This document shows, one piece after another, positions 1 through 9,644 of a stretch of 64,000 nt of DNA. The position numbers and the translations under genes are program-made. Source of the stretch: a virus; the IMG/VR virus record IMGVR_UViG_3300020122_000089, positions 1-64,000 of that record, one strand, 5' to 3'. The notes under the pieces are model-generated. The model saw nothing but the letters and a program-made list of their open reading frames with translations. It did not search any database and was not told the origin of the DNA. Each line of letters opens with the position of its first letter. Position 1 is the first letter of the stretch.

Positions 1-125
1 ACTTGCGCGGCTCGGACTTGCGCGGCTCGGACTTGCGCGGCTCGGACTTGCGCGGCTCGGACTTGCGCGGCTCGGACTTGCGCGGCTCGGACTTGCGCGA
101 CTCGGACTTGCGCGGCCCGGACTTG
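1..125 (+). repeat. 15-bp tandem repeat ACTTGCGCGGCTCGG x8 (truncated at window start)
   Basis: Six identical units then two single-mismatch units; encodes DLRGS pentapeptides. Confidence 0.95.
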
Positions 126-338
126 TTTAGCCTTGGATTCGATCAACGTGGATATCACTTCCTCCTATACTTCGAGCCGAATCCGGTTATCCGTGCCGGG
201 TGTAGGACGTTCAACATTGTAGACGCGGAAAGGCATTGGAACAGCACCCACAATGACAGCCCGATGCTAAAGGCTGAAATCCTCGCAAAGATAGAATACG
301 CAAAGGCGATAATTGCAAGTCGAAAGGGGTTGAAATGA
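3..338 (+). CDS. Pentapeptide-repeat protein (5' partial)
   Basis: (GSDLR)n repeats followed by the IRAGCRTF...AERHW tail typical of phage pentapeptide proteins. Confidence 0.8.
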   Translation: MRGSDLRGSDLRGSDLRGSDLRGSDLRGSDLRDSDLRGPDLFSLGFDQRGYHFLLYFEPNPVIRAGCRTFNIVDAERHWNSTHNDSPMLKAEILAKIEYAKAIIASRKGLK

Positions 339-688
339 CAGTTCAGCAATTACTAGACTCCCTTTCGCTGGTCAGCGACAAATCACTGGAAATCAAGTTA
401 GAGATTACCGATCTTGATGCCCTGAACATTGCTGGATGGATATGCGATTTTGATTCTTCTCATCCGTCAAATGGGAATTGGCAAATCGCCCTTGTCCTTA
501 CCGGCGAAGCTGAGGGCTATCTTACCGGCACAAAGCTACGCGAGACAATGGATCGGCGGCTTGGTGATTCCATAGTTCGCCCGGAATGCGCTCGATGCAG
601 GTCAGAATCAAGGAAGCTGGCTTTGGTAAATAACAATCAAGGGCCCGCCCTGTGCGGGCAGTGCGCGAATGAAGAGGAGGCGCTATGA
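335..688 (+). CDS. Hypothetical protein, C-terminal CxxC...CxxC
   Basis: ATGA overlaps at both ends. Confidence 0.6.
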   Translation: MTVQQLLDSLSLVSDKSLEIKLEITDLDALNIAGWICDFDSSHPSNGNWQIALVLTGEAEGYLTGTKLRETMDRRLGDSIVRPECARCRSESRKLALVNNNQGPALCGQCANEEEAL

Positions 689-1017
689 GCGTTAGAGACG
701 AACGATGCGATAGTGGCGGTCATTACGGATGTAATTGTATGCCTGGATTTAGTGATGGGCGGTGCGAAGGTGGATATCATTACGGGTGTTCTTGCTTTAC
801 GCCGACTCCAAATCAAGGGCGAGCACTGCACTCTAGTATCATTGACATCCGCCGCAACGACCACGAGCCCGCCAACTCAAATCAGGTTGAACGCGACAAC
901 CCTACTCCAATAGAAATCAAGAACGAAATAGACCGCAATATGCGGAAGGCGATGCTGGAGGATGATAAGTACGATCCGAACAATGATCCGTGGCCGGGAT
1001 CTTCCGGAAGAAAATAA
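685..1017 (+). CDS. Hypothetical Cys-rich protein with duplicated RCxxGxHYGCxC motif
   Basis: GAGGAGG RBS, ATGA overlap; ends SSGRK from the palindrome. Confidence 0.55.
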   Translation: MSVRDERCDSGGHYGCNCMPGFSDGRCEGGYHYGCSCFTPTPNQGRALHSSIIDIRRNDHEPANSNQVERDNPTPIEIKNEIDRNMRKAMLEDDKYDPNNDPWPGSSGRK

Positions 1018-1028
1018 AAGGAGGCAAC

Positions 1029-1355
1029 ATGCAAATCAAAGCGTTCGAGATACGAGACAAAGCAACATTCATTCCTGTTTGCGCGATTAAGATGTCTAGT
1101 GACGACGAAAAGGAGTCGTACCTGCTGCGCCGTGCTGGATTCGTTTCAGGCGATCACGTTGTACTCATGCGGTTTCACGACGATGAGTCGCACTATGATC
1201 CGTTTCGTTGGGATAACCGCCGCACAATGACAACCGCCCATCGGTATATCGCTGAGAATTTCGATTCACTCAAGTCCGGTGATGTCATTGACGTGCGCTT
1301 CATTCTGGGTGAGACAAACGATCCGGCGGCGTCCGAGCGATACTTCACGCCGTAA
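1029..1355 (+). CDS. Hypothetical phage protein
   Basis: AGGAGG RBS before ATG 1029. Confidence 0.7.
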   Translation: MQIKAFEIRDKATFIPVCAIKMSSDDEKESYLLRRAGFVSGDHVVLMRFHDDESHYDPFRWDNRRTMTTAHRYIAENFDSLKSGDVIDVRFILGETNDPAASERYFTP

Positions 1356-1383
1356 AATTTCTTCCGGAAGATGAAGATTTACC

Positions 1384-1413
1384 TTGACATTCAGAATGTC
1401 ATCATGCTAGAAT
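1384..1413 (+). promoter_or_regulatory. sigma70-type promoter with overlapping inverted repeat
   Basis: TTGACA-18-TAGAAT (TG extended -10); TGACATTC-A-GAATGTCA at 1385-1401. Confidence 0.75.
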
Positions 1414-1463
1414 AGCAGCATTGAAGAGGTTTGAGAAAAGCACGTTAAACGGAGGTGGGTAAA

Positions 1464-1955
1464 ATGTCAGCATCGTACACAAAACTCCGGGACGGGTCTT
1501 GGGGTTTAAGAATTCAAGGATCGGCCCAAAAGGGTCAGTCCGTAATCGTCACAAAGAAATCGGGCGAAACCAAGACGGAGATAGTCGGCAAGATTCTTTG
1601 GTCCATGGAAAACGGCATCACGCTGGTGGCGATAGCGCAAAGCGGTAATAGTCACTCACGCTCTAGTGATGGTCGCCGGAGGGCTGGCTCTTGCGGGTGC
1701 GATTGCGAGGAATGCTCCGAGCGTTGCATGTGTGACCGTTCCTGCAATTGCAGGGGGGGGGTAATATTTATGACTGCTAACACCCCTCGACTCGTTAAGG
1801 CCTCGGAATCTCAATCCGCAGCCATTCAGCAACCGCAAAAAGTACCGCAAGTTCGATTCACTAATTGGGCTACCCAATTCAAGATTGAGCAAGCTAACAG
1901 ACCAAGCCCACAAATGCAATTCAGAAATCTGTTCAAGGAGGAGGTGGCGAACTAA
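1464..1955 (+). CDS. Hypothetical protein (possibly two ORFs fused at a G9 tract)
   Basis: GGAGGT RBS; YTKLRDGSWGLRI N-terminus, Cys cluster, G9 at 1753-1761. Confidence 0.55.
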   Translation: MSASYTKLRDGSWGLRIQGSAQKGQSVIVTKKSGETKTEIVGKILWSMENGITLVAIAQSGNSHSRSSDGRRRAGSCGCDCEECSERCMCDRSCNCRGGVIFMTANTPRLVKASESQSAAIQQPQKVPQVRFTNWATQFKIEQANRPSPQMQFRNLFKEEVAN

Positions 1956-3097
1956 TGAGTGAAGACGCTACAGTCAAACTCCGCCCACGCGACATTTCAA
2001 CGCTCTTGGCGCATTGTATCAAGCTAAGAAAGCCGATACTGCTGGTTGGTGCTCCCGGCGTTGGGAAAAGCGCACTCGTTGAGCAAGCGGCAAGCGCCGT
2101 CGGTGCGAAAACGATTATCAGCCATCCTGTAGTTGCTGACCCTACTGATGCTAAGGGCCTTCCGTGGCCTGACATGGATAAGCGCACGGCGCACTTTCTT
2201 CCTTTTGGCGAGCTTGCTGAAGCGTTGGCGGCAACTGAACCGACGGTCTGGTTTCTTGACGATCTCGGGCAAGCAAGCCCCGCTGTGCAAGCGAGCTTCA
2301 TGCAGTTGTTATTAGCGCGTCGAATCAATGGGCACGCCCTTCCTGGTTGCGTGACATTCATCGCAGCGACTAATCGCCGCACCGATCGCGCTGGCGTTTC
2401 AGGGATTCTTGAGCCTGTCAAGTCTCGGTTCGCTACGATAGTCGAACTGGAGGTCAACGTCGAAGATTGGTGCGATTGGTATCTTGATACAAATGGATCG
2501 CCCGAAGTGCTGGCGTTCATTCGCAACATTCGCCCTTCGCTTTTGCATGACTTCCACCCTACGGCGGATTTGAGCAACTCCCCCTGTCCGCGAGGATGGG
2601 CAAGTGTTGGTAGCTTTATTAACGCCGGGTTGTCTAAGGATATCGAACTGGCAGCCGTCAGCGGGTGTGTTGGTAAGGGTGCTGCGTCAGAGTTTATCGG
2701 ATATCTTCGGGTTTGGCGCGAATTTCCGCCTCTTGATGCTATTATCGCTGACCCGATGGCTGAGTCGTATAAACGGGATGGCGTTCGGATTGCGGCAATA
2801 CCACCACCAAACAATCCTTCCGCTCGATACGCCCTTGTTGCTGGGCTTGCGACTAAAGCTACCGTGCAAACGCTGCCAAACATCTTGAAGTATACAGAGC
2901 GCCTCTTGAAAGAGGCTGAGGCTGGCGAGTTCGCTGCCCTACTCTTGCGCGACATGCATAGGCGCGACCAAACACTTGTCGCGACGAATGATTGGCTCAA
3001 GATGACATTTAGGCCGCTAGGTAGATTGATAAGCGGAACGGATTTCACTGAGCCGTCAGAATCGAAGGCGGTTACGTCACGTAAAGCTAGGAGGTAA
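1955..3097 (+). CDS. MoxR-like AAA+ ATPase
   Basis: Walker A GAPGVGKS, Walker B FLDDL, AATN sensor, SRF arginine finger, PCPRGW. Confidence 0.88.
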   Translation: MSEDATVKLRPRDISTLLAHCIKLRKPILLVGAPGVGKSALVEQAASAVGAKTIISHPVVADPTDAKGLPWPDMDKRTAHFLPFGELAEALAATEPTVWFLDDLGQASPAVQASFMQLLLARRINGHALPGCVTFIAATNRRTDRAGVSGILEPVKSRFATIVELEVNVEDWCDWYLDTNGSPEVLAFIRNIRPSLLHDFHPTADLSNSPCPRGWASVGSFINAGLSKDIELAAVSGCVGKGAASEFIGYLRVWREFPPLDAIIADPMAESYKRDGVRIAAIPPPNNPSARYALVAGLATKATVQTLPNILKYTERLLKEAEAGEFAALLLRDMHRRDQTLVATNDWLKMTFRPLGRLISGTDFTEPSESKAVTSRKARR

Positions 3098-3103
3098 GCA
3101 GCC

Positions 3104-3395
3104 ATGACGACCATTGAAGAGATCAAGCAAATGCCTATCAGCCTTGAGTCGGTGAAGCTACTCGTTGAATGGGTCTATTCGGACCCAAAACGATGTAGGA
3201 CTCAAGAGTGGATTTTAATGGCGTATTCGCCATTCGGCGAATACATTGTCAGCCCTTGGACGGTCCATGGTGCAGGTAGATTTTGTTACGGGCGCGATTA
3301 AGTGGCTCGTACCAGAAGATACCGTCCTTCCTGAACTTCGTAAGGCCGTAGATGGACACGTTGCGGCGCTGTTCGCAAAGAAGGAGGCGAAATGA
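3104..3395 (+). pseudogene. Hypothetical protein with apparent frameshift near 3281
   Basis: ORF stops at 3301; the alternative frame continues KWLVPEDTVLPELRKAV...EAK* to an ATGA overlap with 3392. Confidence 0.45.
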
Positions 3396-4309
3396 AAGCG
3401 AATTCTTCCGGAAGAAATGGATCGGGCCCTTCTTACGATCTCTCGACACGGGCGATGCTTTCGTCCGTCGAAGTTCACGCCTGGACTGGTCGGCGGATGG
3501 ATAAGAAAGCATCTCAAGATGTTGCCCGCAAGTATGATCTTGGCGAGCGCACTGGAAGGTATTATAAGTGGCTCCTTTTGAAGGACGAAACCGGCGTACC
3601 GCCCGACGAGCTTGTGGCGGTTCATAATGCCGGAAACGCCGCTCGTGTTGTTCACTATGAACATACACTACCTTGGGCCGATGATGGCGCTCGGATTCTC
3701 CCTGTGTCAAATTTTCTTCCGTGGGCTTCGGCGGTACGAGAAAAGCAGTTTGCATTTGATGACGCCGTGAAAGTATTTGTCGAAGCATATCCCGGGTTAA
3801 AGCAGCACACGGAAGAAATCATGACGCATTACAAGCGTGGACTGTTCCGTGCGGATGATTACCCTGACGCTGGCGATCTTGCGAGACGTTTTTCGATGCG
3901 TATCAAGCATTTCCCGTTACCGTCGGCAAATGATTTCCGGGTTGACATTTCAGCGCCTCAAGCGGAGGCTATTCGTCAACAGATTGAGCGCGATTTGCAG
4001 GTTACGGTTCATGATGCTACCGCTGACCTATTCAAAAGGCTTGGCTCTATCGCTGAACGAGTTGCAAAGCTGAGTAACCCTAAAGGATCGGTGCGTGATT
4101 CTCTTGCGGATGACGTTGACGACATGTGCAAGCTGGTTGCTCGATTGAATCTCACGGGCAATCCTACACTGGAAGAGTTTCGATTGCGCGTGGAAAAAGA
4201 GTTGGCGTTTGACCCCGGTACGGTTCGCCGCATGCGTGGCGTTCGGAACTCGCTTGCTTCCCGGGCGGAAAAGATATATGATGATCTTGCAGGTTTCGTG
4301 GGTGAATAA
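3392..4309 (+). CDS. DUF3150-like protein of the MoxR/vWA module
   Basis: WTGRRMD, HYEHTLPW.DDGARILP, DYP, PLP..DFRVD motifs; position between ATPase and vWA genes. Confidence 0.65.
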   Translation: MKANSSGRNGSGPSYDLSTRAMLSSVEVHAWTGRRMDKKASQDVARKYDLGERTGRYYKWLLLKDETGVPPDELVAVHNAGNAARVVHYEHTLPWADDGARILPVSNFLPWASAVREKQFAFDDAVKVFVEAYPGLKQHTEEIMTHYKRGLFRADDYPDAGDLARRFSMRIKHFPLPSANDFRVDISAPQAEAIRQQIERDLQVTVHDATADLFKRLGSIAERVAKLSNPKGSVRDSLADDVDDMCKLVARLNLTGNPTLEEFRLRVEKELAFDPGTVRRMRGVRNSLASRAEKIYDDLAGFVGE

Positions 4310-5527
4310 ATGAATGAACAAGTCAAAAAGCGAATGCTGAATGCTAGGGTTCAATTGGTACTAAGAGAGCCCTTCTTCGGATCGTTAGCTTTACGATTAC
4401 AATTCGAGGAGGATTCAAATATGCCAATCCCCTCCATGGCGACTGACGGAGTGAAACTGAAATACGATCCTCAATTCGTAGAATCGCTCTCTCAATTTGA
4501 ACTGATTGGCGTTCTCGCCCATGAGACACTCCACTGCGCCAATCTTCACCCTTGGCGCATAGGTAATCGTGAACAATGGCGTTGGAATGCAGCCGCAGAC
4601 TTTAGCATTAACCCCATCATTCAAGACTGTATCGACACTAATTTAAGATCACCTCAGCAAGTAGTGACAATGAAGCTGCCGCAAGGTGTATTGCTTGATG
4701 ATCGCTTTCGTAATATGTCGGCTGAGCAAATCTATGAACTGCTACCGCCTACGCCTCAGAATCAAGGCGGAGGGGGCTATGGAAAGGGTCCGGGCGGTAT
4801 ACCATCTGAAATGATTGGCGGCGTTCAGCCCCCGCCCGGTGCTGGCGATGATTCTTCCGACAATGGTCAAGGCGGTGGCGGCCATAGCCCCGAGTCGCTA
4901 AAGGCTGATTGGGAAATCGCAACACTTCAAGCAGCGCAAGCGGCAAAAGCGATGGGTAGACTACCGGCCGGGCTTGAACGATTGATTGACTCGATAAAAA
5001 ATCCAAAGGTAGATTGGAGGGCAGTTCTGCGTCGATTTGTTCAGGAATGCGCTCGCAATGATTATACATGGAGACAGCCTTCACGGCGGTATATCGCTTC
5101 TGGATTGTATCTACCATCATTGCAATCTGAGCAAATGTCGCCAATTGTTTTGGCGGTCGATGCAAGCGGCTCTATTGGTGCAAAAGAACTTCAACGATTT
5201 GGTTCTGAAATGCAAAGCATTGTAGAAGAGTGCAAGCCGGAACGTGTTCATGTTATGTGGTGGGATACTAAAGTTCATAGCGTCGATACGTTTGAGCAAG
5301 GCGAACCGCTCGTACTAAAGCCTAAAGGTGGTGGCGGTACTGCGGTTGGCGATGTATTCGATCGTATTGAAAAGGATTGCATTGAACCTGCCTGTTTGAT
5401 AGTCCTCACCGACATGATGATAATGGACCTGAATAGCATTCAAGAACCGGAATACCCAACCCTCTGGGCGTCTACTACTAGACATTATAATGCTCCGTTT
5501 GGTGAGGTGATAGATATATCGGGGTAA
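4310..5527 (+). CDS. DUF2201-type metallopeptidase-like + vWA domain protein
   Basis: MATDG, AHETLH (HExxH), WNAAAD, VDASGS MIDAS, GGGGT, LTD. Confidence 0.88.
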   Translation: MNEQVKKRMLNARVQLVLREPFFGSLALRLQFEEDSNMPIPSMATDGVKLKYDPQFVESLSQFELIGVLAHETLHCANLHPWRIGNREQWRWNAAADFSINPIIQDCIDTNLRSPQQVVTMKLPQGVLLDDRFRNMSAEQIYELLPPTPQNQGGGGYGKGPGGIPSEMIGGVQPPPGAGDDSSDNGQGGGGHSPESLKADWEIATLQAAQAAKAMGRLPAGLERLIDSIKNPKVDWRAVLRRFVQECARNDYTWRQPSRRYIASGLYLPSLQSEQMSPIVLAVDASGSIGAKELQRFGSEMQSIVEECKPERVHVMWWDTKVHSVDTFEQGEPLVLKPKGGGGTAVGDVFDRIEKDCIEPACLIVLTDMMIMDLNSIQEPEYPTLWASTTRHYNAPFGEVIDISG

Positions 5528-5532
5528 ATTTT

Positions 5533-5676
5533 ATGCGTAATAAACCACAAGACGCTGACTCTTTCGACTGGGCCGAGTTCGAGGATTCATTGGACAAAAT
5601 GGGTGTAGGCGAACAAGATGAGGACTGGATTGATTTATGGATGTTATGGAAAATGACAACCGCCGGTACAAGATAA
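5533..5676 (+). CDS. Small acidic hypothetical protein (47 aa)
   Basis: MRNKPQDADSFDWAEFEDSLDK...AGTR*; fills the gap up to the palindrome. Confidence 0.5.
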   Translation: MRNKPQDADSFDWAEFEDSLDKMGVGEQDEDWIDLWMLWKMTTAGTR

Positions 5677-5691
5677 TTCTTCCGGAAGAAT

Positions 5692-6486
5692 CTATCCAAT
5701 CAAATCTAACAGGCTTGGTGTTACGGGACGTTGATTGCGAAGCGTCCCGTATTCTGTTTCTGGCATTTCCGATTCCGAGCTGTTCGTATTTCCTGTCATG
5801 TCTATTACGTTTTGTCCTAGCCTTACGACTGCGGAATAGCAATGCGCCTCCTCGACTTCAATACCTATAGCTCGCAATCCTAAGTCCTTAGCGGCACGAA
5901 GTGTCGTGCCGCTACCTAGAAATGGGTCTAATACAATCCCGCACTTAGGACATAGCGCGTTAAGCCACATACGTATCGGGTCGATAGGCTTTTGAGTAGG
6001 ATGTACCGCTTGGCGTAATTGATTAGGCGTTAATCCAATCCACGAATCAAGGGTGTATCCGCCGCCATACCACTGTCGATCACCTTTATACGACACTAGC
6101 GCCTGCTCAAAGGCGGTAGCAAATTTTGGACGCGGCGTAGGCGGTGGCGCTGATTTAACTATTGTACAAAAATGCCAAGGTACAAATCCACAATCACGAT
6201 GGCGGCTGATAAGCATCTCTAACGCTTCTGGATGGTTGCGTGTGAATTCCAGTAAATAGCCCTGCTTGATATTTACCAAGGGTAGCCATCCTTCAACACT
6301 CACATTATGCACCGCTTCACCCCAATCCTCAATGTCATCTTGGCGTCTGACTATAGCACTACCAGCGGGGATGCCGTAAGGTGGGTCGGTTAAGACTAGA
6401 TCGACGGGTTGTAGCTGCGGGAGGATTTCGCGGCAGTCGCCATGGTAGATGGTGATTCCAGCATGGCTGTAGTAGGGTTTTAACAT
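5692..6486 (-). CDS. DNA amino-methyltransferase (N4-C/N6-A, beta class)
   Basis: LTDPPY, HPTQKP, LDPFLGSGTT, AIGIE. Confidence 0.92.
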   Translation of the reverse strand: MLKPYYSHAGITIYHGDCREILPQLQPVDLVLTDPPYGIPAGSAIVRRQDDIEDWGEAVHNVSVEGWLPLVNIKQGYLLEFTRNHPEALEMLISRHRDCGFVPWHFCTIVKSAPPPTPRPKFATAFEQALVSYKGDRQWYGGGYTLDSWIGLTPNQLRQAVHPTQKPIDPIRMWLNALCPKCGIVLDPFLGSGTTLRAAKDLGLRAIGIEVEEAHCYSAVVRLGQNVIDMTGNTNSSESEMPETEYGTLRNQRPVTPSLLDLIG

Positions 6487-6867
6487 TTTTCTTCCGGAAG
6501 TATTCTTCTGTCCCTTCGATTGCGCAACCAAACCCGCGGTGCTGCATGGCGCGGGTGGTAATCGCCTAACCCTTTACGCTTCTTGATTATTGCACCTTGT
6601 AGGGTTAAGCCAGCACCTTTAAGGGCGGGGCCTAACACATCGCCAAGCGTCCAAAGCGGTGGCTCTTTAATCCGGCTCGCCTTTAATCCTTGCCTGTTTT
6701 GCGATGGCGGGTTGTTCCGTAAGAAATTCTTGCCAGCATCGTTTACAGCAATCAGAAGGTGACCCGCATTGAAGCATTGACATTTCTGCAACGGGTATAT
6801 CACGGCGCTTACAATGCAGACATGTCATTGTAGTAGCGGTGCGTCTTTCTATTCTACTTAGCCCCAT
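6480..6867 (-). pseudogene. Zn-finger-like hypothetical protein, possible frameshift ~6685
   Basis: ORFs 6667..6867 and 6480..6803 join after a 1-nt change in AAAGG. Confidence 0.35.
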
Positions 6868-6873
6868 ATAATT

Positions 6874-7992
6874 CTAGCCCTTTTTGATTTCAAAAAACTT
6901 CTCACCTAGATCGCCTTGACGCCCTAGGCCGGCATTGTAGCCAATAAAGTTATCTATTTGACGGACTTGATAGCCTTGCTTTGCGCAATGCTGTTGCATT
7001 GATTGGGTGAGTGGATAACGGCGATCGCCTATATTTAGGATAAATACGGCTTCTGGCTTTAGCTGGCGCATGGTTTTGTCTATCAATGGATAGTAAAATC
7101 CTCTGCACCAGCTATAGTAATCCGCATAACGGTTTAAGGAGTTTGTTTCTTCGTCTGAGTATTTTTCGGTGTCGAAATATGGGGGTGAGGTTATTGCAAG
7201 GTCGTAATAATCCTCCATTTCATCTGATTCTTCAAAGGGGATAGGATTCACCAATGCGGTAAATGTTGGGCGAATACGGCGGATGAAGGATTCAAGACCC
7301 GCCAGGCCGTCGGCGGTCTTGGTGGATGGATCGTAGCAGGTGTAGCTATCTACTAATACAGAAACGCCTAGCATACGCCCACCCCACCCTGCACAAGGGT
7401 CGAGTACGTGACTTTCAGCAGTAAGCCCATACCTTTCGCATAGCCTATACGCTGCTATTGGAGGGAATTCGTTGCACCATTGCACAAAGTTAAATCCAAA
7501 CTGTAGGACTTGATACAGTAAATCAGACGACCGCCCTACATGAAGAAGTGTAGCTCTTGCGATATGTGGAAAGTATTGGGGGTTTTGTAGGGATTCATAA
7601 ATCGAAACATTGCCATTTCCACATTTGGTGGTGAGCCTATGTGGGTTGAATAGGAGCGAAGTTCGTCGGCAGGCGTCTTCGCCTTTACACAGCCTCGCGT
7701 ATTCAATCAGTTCGGTGTATTCGTTTGTAAGCATTGATACGAGTTTTTCAAGGCTAATGCCGCATAGGGTTTCTTCTAATGCTTTTGCGAGTAGATGGCG
7801 GTTTATTAGCGGTGTTTGAATTGGGCGGCCAAGCAGGTCTACGGTTTGCCCTAACAGGTCTTCCGTTGTGCCATCCTGAGGGTCAATTATCTGCTGCGCC
7901 GCTAGTTCAATTGGTAAATCATCTAAGCACACTTCTACTAATGGCGCTTCGGTGATATCGGTGTTGTATAGCTCGAATAGTGAGGTGCTCAT
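6874..7992 (-). CDS. DNA amino-methyltransferase (motif I before SPPY)
   Basis: LDPCAGWGGR, TSPPYFDTEKY. Confidence 0.85.
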   Translation of the reverse strand: MSTSLFELYNTDITEAPLVEVCLDDLPIELAAQQIIDPQDGTTEDLLGQTVDLLGRPIQTPLINRHLLAKALEETLCGISLEKLVSMLTNEYTELIEYARLCKGEDACRRTSLLFNPHRLTTKCGNGNVSIYESLQNPQYFPHIARATLLHVGRSSDLLYQVLQFGFNFVQWCNEFPPIAAYRLCERYGLTAESHVLDPCAGWGGRMLGVSVLVDSYTCYDPSTKTADGLAGLESFIRRIRPTFTALVNPIPFEESDEMEDYYDLAITSPPYFDTEKYSDEETNSLNRYADYYSWCRGFYYPLIDKTMRQLKPEAVFILNIGDRRYPLTQSMQQHCAKQGYQVRQIDNFIGYNAGLGRQGDLGEKFFEIKKG

Positions 7993-8009
7993 TTTTCTTC
8001 CGGAAGAAG

Positions 8010-8297
8010 TTACATTACCCGGCCATTGCCATCGTCGCCATCTTCATCGCCAGGGTCGCGTTCGGTAATAAAGGCGTTTGCTGCTTTTATTTCTGCTTGC
8101 ACTTTGAAGAATTCAAGGATGCCTTGCATCTCCCAGATACGTAGGGGCGCATCATAGTGCCCGCTTAACTCTCCATTGGCACCTATTACGAAGGCTATGA
8201 TCCGAGAATCCTCTGGCTCGTTAGCAAGTGCTGATAGTAATAGTTCACGTCCTGACGGCCCGTGACCATCTTTAACTGTCGCCGATGGCTCATCCAT
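8010..8297 (-). CDS. Hypothetical protein
   Basis: ORF tightly packed in operon. Confidence 0.6.
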   Translation of the reverse strand: MDEPSATVKDGHGPSGRELLLSALANEPEDSRIIAFVIGANGELSGHYDAPLRIWEMQGILEFFKVQAEIKAANAFITERDPGDEDGDDGNGRVM

Positions 8298-8299
8298 TT

Positions 8300-8659
8300 T
8301 TATTCAATCCTTTCATCTAATCGATCCATTCCTAACTGTAGGGCTATGAATACCTCTAGTCGAGCGCCCGGGGATTTTTCCCACCCCTTTAAGCAGTAAA
8401 CGGCATCGCACTCAAGCATTGCCTTAATGTCGTTCTTCATGTAATCCCGCCATTGCGCCGCACCGGCATGGTTAATCTCTACTGGCGACACCACGTAGTA
8501 CCCTTCTTTACCACGAAGCGTACTGGCTACGGAATGGAATCGCTGTATATTTTGTTCACGGCCAGACCCGTCGCCAATTGGGCCTGTAAGGTATACGGTT
8601 ATTTTACTCGCCTTCTTCTGCGGCATCCCTATCCTTATTTGATTCTTCCGGAAGAACAT
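8300..8659 (-). CDS. DUF4406 / nucleoside 2-deoxyribosyltransferase-like protein
   Basis: VYLTGPI, W.DYM..DI..MLECDAVY.L.GWEKS.GA.LE. Confidence 0.8.
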   Translation of the reverse strand: MFFRKNQIRIGMPQKKASKITVYLTGPIGDGSGREQNIQRFHSVASTLRGKEGYYVVSPVEINHAGAAQWRDYMKNDIKAMLECDAVYCLKGWEKSPGARLEVFIALQLGMDRLDERIE

Positions 8660-9644
8660 CCAGCCCTTTTATCTGTCGCACCGCCTTAGAGATAGTATCG
8701 GAGATTTCTGGGTTCTCACGGAGGAATGTGGCGCTAAAGGTTCTACCTTGCCCTAGGCGTTGCCCTCGAAACCCAAACCATGCCCCCGATTTCTCGATAA
8801 TTTTACAGTCAACACCAAGGTCTAAAAGATCCACCGCTGCATTGAATCCTTTTCCAAACGTCAATTCAACTTCGCATTTCTTAAAAGGTACGGCAACTTT
8901 GTTCTTTTTGATTTCGACTTTGACCTTGTTTGCGATATGCTGGTCGTCGCCATCTTTGATTGCGCCTATGTTACGGACTTCGATTCGCATTGAGGCGTAA
9001 AACTGAAGGGCAAAACCTCCGCTTGTTACGTCTTTAGGCCCTCCGTAACCACCCATACCTAAATCTTTTCGGATTTGATTTATGAATAAAAGGACAGTGT
9101 TCGATTTGCGGGTTACGCCACTGAGTTTTCGCATCGCTTGGGACATTAATCGGGCCTGTAGGGCGGGAAGTGATTGTCCCATTTCACCTTCAATAACCGC
9201 TCGTGGAACTAACGCATCAACGGAATCTATAACAACCATAGCCACATCACCGGAACGGATAATAGTCTCTACGATTTCGAGCGCCTCCTCCCCACAGTCC
9301 GGCTGGGAAAGGAATAGAGAATCAACATCAACACCTAAGGCCGCCGCATATTCCGGATCCAAGGCCTGCTCGACGTCCACATAAGCAACTAACCCCTCCC
9401 TCTGCGCTTGCACCGCCGTCTGAAGGGCTAATGTTGACTTACCGCCAGCAGGTCGTCCGTACACCTCTGTAACCCTGCCCTTCGGCAGTCCGCCTATGCC
9501 GGTGGCGATATCTACGCTTAGGCATCCCGTTGATATCGCCTCACGTCGAATAGGCGAATCTGAAAGCCGCATAATCGACCCTTCACCGTAATTCTTTCGG
9601 ATGATTTTTACCGCTTCATGGAAGTGGATATGCGATGCCGTCAT
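8604..9644 (-). CDS. recA: RecA recombinase
   Basis: GIGGLPKGRVTEVYG, GGKST, SQPDCGEEALEI, QARLMSQAMRKL, FINQIR, KNKVA.PF. Confidence 0.97.
   Translation of the reverse strand: MTASHIHFHEAVKIIRKNYGEGSIMRLSDSPIRREAISTGCLSVDIATGIGGLPKGRVTEVYGRPAGGKSTLALQTAVQAQREGLVAYVDVEQALDPEYAAALGVDVDSLFLSQPDCGEEALEIVETIIRSGDVAMVVIDSVDALVPRAVIEGEMGQSLPALQARLMSQAMRKLSGVTRKSNTVLLFINQIRKDLGMGGYGGPKDVTSGGFALQFYASMRIEVRNIGAIKDGDDQHIANKVKVEIKKNKVAVPFKKCEVELTFGKGFNAAVDLLDLGVDCKIIEKSGAWFGFRGQRLGQGRTFSATFLRENPEISDTISKAVRQIKGLDVLPEESNKDRDAAEEGE

Noticed and set aside
1933-3126. 397-aa antisense ORF and similar shadow ORFs (22907..23707, 25816..26685, 38056..38868)
   Set aside because: They lie antisense to genes with clear motifs and have no RBS or recognisable domains.
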